This document shows, one piece after another, positions 17,606-25,420 of a stretch of DNA of 53,112 bases. Every line of letters starts with the position of its first letter. Position 1 is the first letter of the stretch. A model generated the notes under the pieces. That model searched no databases. It was not told the DNA's origin and worked only from the letters and a program-made list of their open reading frames with translations. The DNA is taken from positions 1 to 53,112 of IMG/VR virus record IMGVR_UViG_3300031454_000236; one strand, written 5' to 3'. Made by a program: the position numbers and the translations under genes. The DNA comes from a virus. Taxonomy: Duplodnaviria; Caudoviricetes.

Positions 17606-18250
17606 CTAGCGACCGTAGCCGCGCAACCGTGCCTCGCGGCGCTCCTCGCGCTTCAGTTGATCAACCGTGATCTCTGGCGTCGATGAGACGATGGTGTAGT
17701 TGCTGATGTGCGTGTCGCCCCCCTTCTCGGAGCGCGGGGACAGCGCCGCCAGCTGATCGGCGTTGAAGATCCCCTCCGGCCCGCGCTCCCCGAACGTGTA
17801 GGAGCGCCCGGAGCGCTGGCCGCGCCCGACGATCGGCTCGGTGATCACGCCGCCATCGGCGAAGCGCAGCGCGTCGGGGTCGTAGCTGCCGCCGAGCGTG
17901 TTGATCGTCTCCTCAGCGAATTTGAGATAGTCTTTGACGGTGTACTTCTCGTCCGCCGTGGCGTTCGGGTCGCCCGTGAGCCACTTGGCTACTGTCTGCC
18001 GCAGCGACAGGCCCTTGTAATAGGTCAGGTTGTCAAGCGCGGCGTCGATGCCGTGCTGTTTCGAGTCGAAGATCGCGAAGTCGCGCGCCATCCCGGTCGT
18101 GACGCCGGTCTGGCCCGGCCAGCCGCCCTGGCGGGTGGTTAGCCCGGAAAAACGGGCGCGCTTATACGCGGGGGGCGGCAACAGCCGCTCCGCCGATCCA
18201 GCGAGGATGGGGGTAGGAGTGGGGATCGCGGGGAACGACGCGACGGACAT
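17606..18250 (-). pseudogene. Stranded 3' end of a second tape-measure allele (lysozyme-like segment plus duplicated TMP C-terminus); may be expressed
   Basis: The last ~84 aa are nearly identical to the TMP C-terminus. They are preceded by FAIFDSKQHGIDAA..Y...SLRQTVAKW, a lysozyme-like segment. Confidence 0.65.
17610..17860 (-). repeat. Direct repeat copy A (TMP 3' end)
   Basis: About 250 bp similar to 25410-25658; 17786-17860 is identical to 25584-25658 (75 bp). Confidence 0.92.
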
Positions 18251-18372
18251 GGCAAACCCGCAACCAGAGGGACGCGCGTATCACACCGGACTGACCGTCG
18301 GTGCGGTTCTACGTCCCTGCCCATCGCTGCGGGTCTGCTCGTAGGATAGCGCGCGGGGGAACACTATGTCAA
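18251..18372 (-). promoter_or_regulatory. Sigma70 promoter plus long hairpin leader facing the tail-tip genes
   Basis: TTGACA (18372-18367)-N18-TATCCT (18348-18343). Stems GCAGACCCGCAGC/GTTGCGGGTTTGC and AGGGACG/CGTCCCT. Confidence 0.6.
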
Positions 18373-18480
18373 CCGCATACCCGCGTCGTGCGCCGACGCG
18401 GACGCCCCCGCCTCACGCCGAGACGGGGGCGTTCGGGGTATCATACGCCCATGACAAGTTGTCGATACCGGGAGGAAAGC

Positions 18481-18819
18481 ATGAGTGCGATCGAAGAGCA
18501 ACCTGAAGGAATCGATGTCGCGACGGCACTTCGCAAAGCGCGGGACACCCTCGTCAGCATCATGGCGATCGAGGAAGCGAAAATCTATAACATTCGCCTC
18601 GAAGAAGTGCGCCACCACGACAACGCCGACGAATGGCTCATCACCTACGGCTACGATGTGCCCGTGGAGGAACTACCCGGAACGCCCGTTCCGACCGGCG
18701 CGCTGGCTGGCCTGTTCCCGAAGGCACGCAGCACCCGTGTCTATCAGGTGATCGTGCTCGATGGTCAAACCGGGCGGTTCAAGGAAATGCGGATGCGCGC
18801 GACGGCGACGCAGCGGTGA
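18481..18819 (+). CDS. Hypothetical protein, putative partner (antitoxin) of the PIN protein
   Basis: SD GGAGG; IRLEEV...EWLITYGY...RVYQVIVLD; GTGA overlap with the PIN gene. Confidence 0.65.
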   Translation: MSAIEEQPEGIDVATALRKARDTLVSIMAIEEAKIYNIRLEEVRHHDNADEWLITYGYDVPVEELPGTPVPTGALAGLFPKARSTRVYQVIVLDGQTGRFKEMRMRATATQR

Positions 18820-19310
18820 ACGATGAGGATGCGGCGCGACTCGTGCCGCGCTTCCGGGAAAGCGGGCTCCTCCTCGATACCAACCTTCTCCTCGTGCTGG
18901 TCGCCGGGCAGCATGACCCGGCATGGATCGGCACACGGAGGAGGCTCCGAGAGTTCACAGCAAATGATTTCCAGACCCTGCACCAGTTCGTCGCGCGCTT
19001 TGATCGGCTGATCACCACACCGGCTATCCTGGGAGAGGTGAGTAACTTGGCGGTTTATGCCGCCTACGACGACGAACGTGCCGCCTTCTTCGCCACGTTT
19101 CGGGCACTGATCACCATCCTGGCCGAGCGCTACCCGCGCAGCAGCGAGGTCGCGAAATTGCGCGGATTCGGGCAACTCGGCCTGACCGATGCCAGTATCG
19201 AGGAAATCGCCCATCGTCGGCACGCCTTCGTTCTCTCAGACGATTTCGACCTCGTGCGACTCCTCCACGATCGAGGTCTTCCGGCCATCAACTTCAACCA
19301 TCTGCGCTAA
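18816..19310 (+). CDS. PIN-domain (VapC-like) ribonuclease
   Basis: LLLDTNLL, ILGEVSN, GLTDASI and VLSDDFDL acidic active-site motifs. Confidence 0.85.
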   Translation: MNDEDAARLVPRFRESGLLLDTNLLLVLVAGQHDPAWIGTRRRLREFTANDFQTLHQFVARFDRLITTPAILGEVSNLAVYAAYDDERAAFFATFRALITILAERYPRSSEVAKLRGFGQLGLTDASIEEIAHRRHAFVLSDDFDLVRLLHDRGLPAINFNHLR

Positions 19311-19326
19311 GCCTCAGAACAATAGG

Positions 19327-19363
19327 CAAAGCCGCCCGCCTCGGTGTGAGGCGGGCGGCTTTG
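19327..19363. terminator. Bidirectional intrinsic terminator
   Basis: Perfect 16-bp stem CAAAGCCGCCCGCCTC/GAGGCGGGCGGCTTTG between convergent genes. Confidence 0.85.
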
Positions 19364-19543
19364 TGTTGCGCTGATCGAGTGGGTATTACGCCGCGTCCTC
19401 CATGATCGCGCTGATGCTGGCCCCGCCCAAGCGCAGCGCCGCGCCGATGCTGCCGACCTTCGGGTTGGTGAGACGCACCCGATCGATCAGGGCGATGATC
19501 GCCCGGATGTCGCCCGCCCGCGCGTAGCGCCCGAGCCAATCGA

Positions 19544-20209
19544 TCAGCTTGGCATCTTGTTGGCGGACTCTAGCACTTCCCCCACAGGTTGCATGTGCTC
19601 CATGCCGTCTGAGTGCCAGAGACGATCGATCATCCTAATCTGCTCGATCTTCACCCCGAAATCCGCATGTGCCGAAATCACCCGATCGCGATAGCGCTCA
19701 TACTCGAGCCTCGTCATGCTCGTACGCAACTCGTCTGCACGGCGGTACAGGAAGCCAGCGATAAGCGGATCGTCCAGGCCAAAAGCGTGGTCGTTGATGA
19801 AGCACACAAGCGGCGGTTTCGGAGCGAACCACTCGCGGGCGACACGCAAGTCGGAGAATGCGCGATGCACCGTCGCTTCGAGTGGTGCGGGGCCAGGGAG
19901 CACACCAAGGCATGTGATCCCGCGTGCGGTGGCCGTTTTTAGTTCCGCGATCCGCTGCATGACACCACGTGTGAAGCCGATCTTGATATTGCCGGTGTCA
20001 TGCGACAGCAGGAAGTAGACAACGCCAATCGCCTGCGCTTGCCAGCCCAAGAGCGCATCGTGGTTCGCCTCAAAAACTATCGGATCAAACGGATGTTCAC
20101 CCGTGGCAAGCAAGAGGCTGGTATAGAGATCGCTCGATAGATCGGCGATACCGTATAGTCGCGCTACTAGCCCCTTGCGGCGCTTCTCTGGGCCATTGAT
20201 TACGATCAC
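19544..20209 (-). CDS. GIY-YIG (T5orf172/MUG113-like) domain protein
   Basis: VYFL...NIKIGFT...RIAEL...LEATVHRAF..LRVAREWF. Confidence 0.8.
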   Translation of the reverse strand: MIVINGPEKRRKGLVARLYGIADLSSDLYTSLLLATGEHPFDPIVFEANHDALLGWQAQAIGVVYFLLSHDTGNIKIGFTRGVMQRIAELKTATARGITCLGVLPGPAPLEATVHRAFSDLRVAREWFAPKPPLVCFINDHAFGLDDPLIAGFLYRRADELRTSMTRLEYERYRDRVISAHADFGVKIEQIRMIDRLWHSDGMEHMQPVGEVLESANKMPS

Positions 20210-20267
20210 ATGCCACCCTCCCGCGCCACCGGAGCCAAGTCGCTCCGGTGGCGCGTCGTTTCCTGAC

Positions 20268-20783
20268 TTACGCCGCCGCCAACGTCTGCCAGTCGATCAG
20301 GCCCATCTCTGCCGCCTCCCCGGCCATGAGATCGGGATTCCCCGTCCGCATGCCAGCGATCGTGAGTTGCGTGGCGATCGTCTCGTAGAATGCGATCTGG
20401 CTATCCAATCCGCTGCGATGCTGGCGCAGATAGCGAATCGATTCGCGAATCATCAGCACGGTACACTCGGCCAACGTGGGCGAGCAGTCGGGATCGGCCA
20501 GGGGTAACTTCATCTGCAAAGCCAGATCGGTCACAGCGCTGATCGGTTGGCGTTTCGTGATGGCCTTCTTGATCCGGCGCTGCGCCGCCTGGCGCAGCCG
20601 CCCGTAGAACCCGCCCCACACCGAGGCCATGCCCATCTCGATCAGACGGTCAAGGTATGCCTGTCCCTCAGGGGTATCGTTCAGCACCGTGCAGAGGTGC
20701 CGCACGGCTTCGGCGGTGGTGATAGCGGGTTGGTCGCGGTAGAGCGTCGTCATGTGGGGCTTCAGGAACGCGTGCAGCTTCAC
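20268..20783 (-). CDS. Hypothetical protein
   Basis: GTG start overlapping the upstream TGA; SD CAGGAGG; hairpin at about 20222-20255 downstream. Confidence 0.6.
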   Translation of the reverse strand: MKLHAFLKPHMTTLYRDQPAITTAEAVRHLCTVLNDTPEGQAYLDRLIEMGMASVWGGFYGRLRQAAQRRIKKAITKRQPISAVTDLALQMKLPLADPDCSPTLAECTVLMIRESIRYLRQHRSGLDSQIAFYETIATQLTIAGMRTGNPDLMAGEAAEMGLIDWQTLAAA

Positions 20784-21616
20784 TTGACCCTCCTGACCTT
20801 GACGCCGCTCTGCCGCGCGAGGATGACCGCACGCACCCAAGCGGTGAAGTCGAGGATGATCGCGTCGTCATCAGACTCTTCTTGATCGGTCAGGTGTTCG
20901 GCCATGTCATCCGAGGGCGTATGGCGATACAAATCCTTGGCGTAGCGCGCGGCGGTCAGCACGCGCCCGATCGCCCCGTTGTACTGCTCCAAGAGGGCAT
21001 AGCGAGAGTACGCCCCCGGTTCGGATTCGGGGGTCGGCGTCGGGGCAGGCACGAGCGATGGTCGCGCCGGGAAGTGGCGCAGCGTGTCGGGATTGACGCG
21101 CGGGATGGCGGCGTAAGCGGGCGCTGCATCGCCTGATGTGTGCCACTCCGCTTCGTCGCGTGCGGGATAGGTGAACGACGCTTCCTCCGGTTCGGATGCG
21201 GGCGGATGCAGGATGTCGCGCACGGTCGCGGCCACATGCGCCGCCGTGACCTTCCCCTCAGGTGCGGTCTGCACGGCCTCCTGCCACGCGGCGGCGCGTT
21301 GCTTGGGGGGGAGCGCGGCGAGCGGGCTGGCCTGTCGCGCATTCGAGGGCAGGATGGGAAACGTGTTTCCCAAATCGTCTACGACGGTCGCAGCGCCGAT
21401 AAGGTAATTGGCGTTGCGGTGCGTCATCCCCCACCGCCCTTGACAGTAATCCTCGAAAGTACCGTGATCCTCTCGGTAGAGTCGCTGATCACGGATGGTC
21501 AGTAACGCCGTACCGACCGCGTAGAACGTTTTGAGCCCCTGCGTGATGATCGCTTCCTGATCGGCCAATACAGCGGCCTCGACCGAACTGATGGCCGATT
21601 CGTCCTCTACGCTCAT
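20780..21616 (-). CDS. Phage DNA-binding protein (DUF3102-like N-terminus)
   Basis: VGTALLTIRDQRLYR..HGTFEDYC..RWG...ANYLI..A...LP.NARQA.PL, a motif common in phage/plasmid proteins. Confidence 0.65.
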   Translation of the reverse strand: MSVEDESAISSVEAAVLADQEAIITQGLKTFYAVGTALLTIRDQRLYREDHGTFEDYCQGRWGMTHRNANYLIGAATVVDDLGNTFPILPSNARQASPLAALPPKQRAAAWQEAVQTAPEGKVTAAHVAATVRDILHPPASEPEEASFTYPARDEAEWHTSGDAAPAYAAIPRVNPDTLRHFPARPSLVPAPTPTPESEPGAYSRYALLEQYNGAIGRVLTAARYAKDLYRHTPSDDMAEHLTDQEESDDDAIILDFTAWVRAVILARQSGVKVRRVK

Positions 21617-21705
21617 GCCTACCTCTGTTACACTCTGGCTGCTTTACGGACGGCCTTGGAACTGGCCGTAAAGCAGCTACCTCTATCGGCGGCGGCGTGG
21701 TTGCT

Positions 21706-21885
21706 TCACGCCGCCGCTTTTCCCGCGTCGGGTTCTTCCCCGCGATCCTCTGCTACAAACCGCTCCAAGATGTAGACGATCTGTGCGTTGAGCGACCGAT
21801 GCTCGCGCTCGGCTATCGCTTGCACCGCTTCGTGCAAGTCCCTCGGAAGCCGCAGCAAATACCGAATAACGCCCGAAGCTGACAT
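21706..21885 (-). CDS. Arc-family ribbon-helix-helix regulator
   Basis: YLLRLPRDLHEAVQAIAEREHRSLNAQIVYILE; strong SD AAAGGAGG. Confidence 0.88.
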   Translation of the reverse strand: MSASGVIRYLLRLPRDLHEAVQAIAEREHRSLNAQIVYILERFVAEDRGEEPDAGKAAA

Positions 21886-21905
21886 GACCACCTCCTTTCT
21901 AGCTG

Positions 21906-21989
21906 AGTATATGATATCACTCTTATTTTGTAAAGATATCTTGAAGGTATTGACAGGACACCAAGTAAATGATATCATCAGTATATCAC
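21906..21989. promoter_or_regulatory. Divergent promoters with GATATC-core operator palindromes
   Basis: Minus strand: TTTACA-N17-TATACT (21934-21906). Plus strand: TTGACA-N17-TATCAT (21950-21978). Palindromes TGATATCA (21912-19), AAGATATCTT (21933-42) and ATGATATCAT (21969-78). Confidence 0.8.
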
Positions 21990-22098
21990 CAAGGGGTGAT
22001 GAAAACGGAAATGCCCCTAGCGGTCCAACTTGCAGGACGAACCGCTAAGGGCATCGAATGAACCGGGACCGAAGTCCCAGAACAGGAGCAAGTGTACC

Positions 22099-22536
22099 AT
22101 GACCGCCCGGACCGCCCCGCTCCACCGCTCCGCCGAACTGGCCCTGCACGGCTGCGACGACCACAGCGGGATCGTCGCCTTCCTCGCCGCGTCCGCGCAC
22201 GACGCGGCCCGCGTCAACACCGTCGCTCTCGACACGACGACCGGCGCGACCCTCTGCGACTGCCGGGGCACGGAGTGCGGGCGAGCCTGCTGGCACGCCG
22301 ACCACGCCGCCGCCGCGTGGCTCGCCTCCCCGGCCATGCTCGCCGTTCGCTGGCTCACCGATGACCAGCTCGCCCGCTACGGTGCCAAGCACGCCCTCTG
22401 CGTCGCGACCTACCGGGGGCGGATCGGCAAGGCGCGGGGTGAGGACGTGATCGCCCTGACGGCGGCGCGGTGCGAATGGCGGCGACGCCGTTCCGCCGCC
22501 CGCGCCGACCTGTTGGCCCTCCCCCTCGCCGCCTGA
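22099..22536 (+). CDS. SWIM zinc-finger protein (paralog 2)
   Basis: CDCRGTECGRACWH; alignable end to end with 6934-7362. Confidence 0.75.
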   Translation: MTARTAPLHRSAELALHGCDDHSGIVAFLAASAHDAARVNTVALDTTTGATLCDCRGTECGRACWHADHAAAAWLASPAMLAVRWLTDDQLARYGAKHALCVATYRGRIGKARGEDVIALTAARCEWRRRRSAARADLLALPLAA

Positions 22537-22620
22537 TCGTTGTCGCGCGCGGCGGTGTCCCGCCAAGGCCCGCCGCGCGCCTGTACCGTCCTGGGCCGCA
22601 TTGATGATGGAGGATGGACC

Positions 22621-22920
22621 GTGAAGATCGTGGATACCACCGGCAGCGCGCTGACCGTCTACCTCGCCCCCGACGACTGCCTGTTGCTGGCCCATGCCTG
22701 CCAGATGACCGCCGAGTATACCGACGATGGCGACAAAGGCGTGACCCAGGAGCAGCGGATCGAGGCGACCGTGTACCGCACGCTGGCCGATCTGTTCGAT
22801 AGCTATGCCCTGGTGGGACAGGCGATCGGCATGCTCGCCCCGCCGCTCGCCGGTGCCTTCGACCTCGCCACCGTGCGCCGCGAGTGGGGCATCCTGCCCA
22901 CGGATCGGAAGGCGTCATGA
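22621..22920 (+). CDS. Hypothetical protein (paralogous to the N-terminus of the next ORF)
   Basis: SD GGAGG; KIV...LTV.L.P.DC..L..ACQ motif is repeated at 22917. Confidence 0.6.
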   Translation: MKIVDTTGSALTVYLAPDDCLLLAHACQMTAEYTDDGDKGVTQEQRIEATVYRTLADLFDSYALVGQAIGMLAPPLAGAFDLATVRREWGILPTDRKAS

Positions 22921-24110
22921 AGATCGTCAAGGTCGCCCCGCTGACGCTGACCGTGGAACTGGACCCGACCGACTGCATCGCGCTCTTCGTCGCCTGCCAG
23001 AAGGCCACCGCGCACTACGACTACGAGTATCCCGTGGCGCAAATCGAGGCGACCGGGGCGGCGGCACTGGTGCCGCCGCCCCGTATACTTGCTGATGGAG
23101 GGAGAGCGACGATGGCGAAACTGGAATCGTGGCGCAGCAACCTAGACGCCCCACGCTGGACGGCGGAGCAGGACCGACTACTCTCCGAGCGGTACAGGAC
23201 GGCGGAGACGCACGAATTGCTCAGGTCGCTGCCGGGGCGCTCGTGGGGTGCGATCGCCAAGCGGGCGAAGGTGTTGAAACTGCCCAAGCGCGACGCGGAC
23301 GCCCGCCATCGAATCGGGAAGAACGTAAGCGTGGATGAGCAAGCGATCGTCGCGGAGTATCGCTCCGGGGGGCACACCTGGAAAGAACTCGCCGCGAAGC
23401 ACGAAGTGTCGGAGGATGTCATCGGGCGGGTGTTGCGCACACACGGGGCGCTCGGGCTGCGCCCCGCCCATGCCCGGCCTCGATATAAGCACGACCGGAC
23501 ATTCTTCGATGTGATCGACAGCGAGGCAAAGGCGTACTGGCTCGGTTTCGTCGCCGCCGATGGTTGCGTCACGCGACGCGGGAAGAAAGGGTCGGGATTG
23601 ACGGTGACGCTGGGAATAAAGGACATCGCGCATGTCCGACTTTTCCGCGAAGCTATGGGGGCAGACAATCCGATTGCCATTCGACGACACACCCTCAAAG
23701 GTCGCGTCTACCAAGCGGCGTGCCTCAATATCTGGGGGGATTGCTTGCCCGACGCCCTACTCCGCCACGGCGTTACCGCGCGCAAATCGCTCACCCAAGG
23801 GTGGCCCGAATTGACCGGCGATCTGCTTCGCCACTACTTGCGGGGCTACTTCGACGGCGATGGACATGTCGGGGTTTATCGTCAAGTCTGGCACATGAAT
23901 GTTATCGGGTCCATGCCGTTCATCCTTCGCTGGCGGGAACACATGCGCGGCGTCGGCGCGGCGAACGGCGGACTCTCCCATCCGCAAGGTAACACCGCCG
24001 TTGGGGTGTTGTATTACGGGGGCAATCGGCAAGTACGCGCCATCCATCACTACCTCTATCGCGATGCCACGATCGCATTGTTGCGCAAAGCCCAGCCTCC
24101 CTCTTTCTAA
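22917..24110 (+). CDS. LAGLIDADG homing endonuclease (own ATG at 23112), in frame with a truncated paralog of the upstream gene
   Basis: FFDVIDSEAKAYWLGFVAADGCV and HYLRGYFDGDGHV; Myb/HTH-like N-terminal region; internal SD GGAGGGAG before 23112. Confidence 0.85.
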   Translation: MKIVKVAPLTLTVELDPTDCIALFVACQKATAHYDYEYPVAQIEATGAAALVPPPRILADGGRATMAKLESWRSNLDAPRWTAEQDRLLSERYRTAETHELLRSLPGRSWGAIAKRAKVLKLPKRDADARHRIGKNVSVDEQAIVAEYRSGGHTWKELAAKHEVSEDVIGRVLRTHGALGLRPAHARPRYKHDRTFFDVIDSEAKAYWLGFVAADGCVTRRGKKGSGLTVTLGIKDIAHVRLFREAMGADNPIAIRRHTLKGRVYQAACLNIWGDCLPDALLRHGVTARKSLTQGWPELTGDLLRHYLRGYFDGDGHVGVYRQVWHMNVIGSMPFILRWREHMRGVGAANGGLSHPQGNTAVGVLYYGGNRQVRAIHHYLYRDATIALLRKAQPPSF

Positions 24111-24225
24111 GAAAGGGCGCGATCGAGGGAGCGACCACAATCTGTCGAATGAAGGGCGCGCGGCATTACACCGCCGGATGCACGACTTGAAGAAACAGCA
24201 ACGCTGACTATCTCCCGTTACCCCA

Positions 24226-25122
24226 TCAGCGCCTTGCTTCCCCTAAGACACGTCGCCCGAACTGACCGAGCAGGACCGCCCCCGGCCCGATCTCGGGGTG
24301 CACTTCGAGCCGCGCCCGCTCGAAATATTGCACGGTGTAGATGTTGCCGTCCTCTAAACGTTCGGTGAATGCCTCGCTGATCGGATAGCCGAAATACTCA
24401 ACGCCTAAGCCGACCTCATTGACACCACCGAGGAAATTGCGGAAGGCTCCCTCGACGTTATGGCCGGTCTGCGGGAAGTACAAGCCGTTGCCCTTCTGCG
24501 GAACGGGGGGATCGGCGGGGTGGATGGATCGTCCGAATTGGCCGAGCAACACGTCGAACGGGGGGTTATTTTCGGGGTGATACTCCATGCGCACTCGCTC
24601 GAAATACTGGACGCGATACTCGCGACCATCATCGAGCCGTTCCATGAATTCGCCGCTCAGGGGATAGCCATTGAAAGGTAACGCGCCGCGTGCGTACCAG
24701 TAGCGTAGGAAGCGGCCTTGCATACATTGTCCGGTTTCGGCGAAGCACCTTTGCTCCGGGAGTACCACGTCGAAGGTCGTTCCGATTACGAAAGCGCCCG
24801 CCTCGTCATAGAAATTGACGGTATAGGTGCCGCCGGCGATGTAACCCTCGCCGGTGATGAATCGCGTCACCAGACCACCGCGCCCGTTCGCCTCGCCCAG
24901 GCAAGGGCCGAGCCCGATCTGCCGACCATCCGGGCCGGATACGCGACAGGTCAGGCGAGCATAGGCCGGTATCCCGCTGACATAGATATTGAATGTGGTT
25001 CCGGGCGGGCCGGATGGCGGCTCGACCCAGGCGATCGGTGCGGCCTGCACCGCACCGATCGCAGGGAAGCCGGACAAGAGCAGGAGCGCCGCGATGACAC
25101 CAATACTGACACGCCGAGCCAT
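24226..25122 (-). CDS. Secreted Chloroflexota-type surface protein (moron)
   Basis: Signal peptide, an Ig-like domain, and two FxETG...GYP.S..F.E.....VQYFER.R.E.HPE repeats. Own promoter TTGACA-N16-CATAAT at 25198-25171. Confidence 0.8.
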   Translation of the reverse strand: MARRVSIGVIAALLLLSGFPAIGAVQAAPIAWVEPPSGPPGTTFNIYVSGIPAYARLTCRVSGPDGRQIGLGPCLGEANGRGGLVTRFITGEGYIAGGTYTVNFYDEAGAFVIGTTFDVVLPEQRCFAETGQCMQGRFLRYWYARGALPFNGYPLSGEFMERLDDGREYRVQYFERVRMEYHPENNPPFDVLLGQFGRSIHPADPPVPQKGNGLYFPQTGHNVEGAFRNFLGGVNEVGLGVEYFGYPISEAFTERLEDGNIYTVQYFERARLEVHPEIGPGAVLLGQFGRRVLGEARR

Positions 25123-25198
25123 TGCCGCCCTCCCCTTCCGTGTATGCCCGGCAAGTGCCGGTGAGGAGGGATTATGGATCGTCCTGTCCGCTTGTCAA

Positions 25199-25420
25199 TC
25201 AGGTGACAGCGTACAACGGCGGTGACGCCTCGATCGCGCCGGTCGTGACGGTCGTAGGTTGGCCCGCGACCAGCACATTCAGGGTCTTGCAGCGCGGGCG
25301 CTCGCAGAGGATTTCCAGCACACCTGCGGTGATTGCGTGCCGACACAGGAGCCGACCGCAGCGCCGACAGCGGAACTCCCGCAACCCTGGTGTAGGCTCC
25401 ACCGCGTTACCGATAGCCAC
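25199..25420 (-). CDS. Com-like zinc-ribbon protein 1
   Basis: EFRCRRCGRLL...LEILCERPRCKTLN resembles Mu Com. Confidence 0.72.
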   Translation of the reverse strand: MAIGNAVEPTPGLREFRCRRCGRLLCRHAITAGVLEILCERPRCKTLNVLVAGQPTTVTTGAIEASPPLYAVT

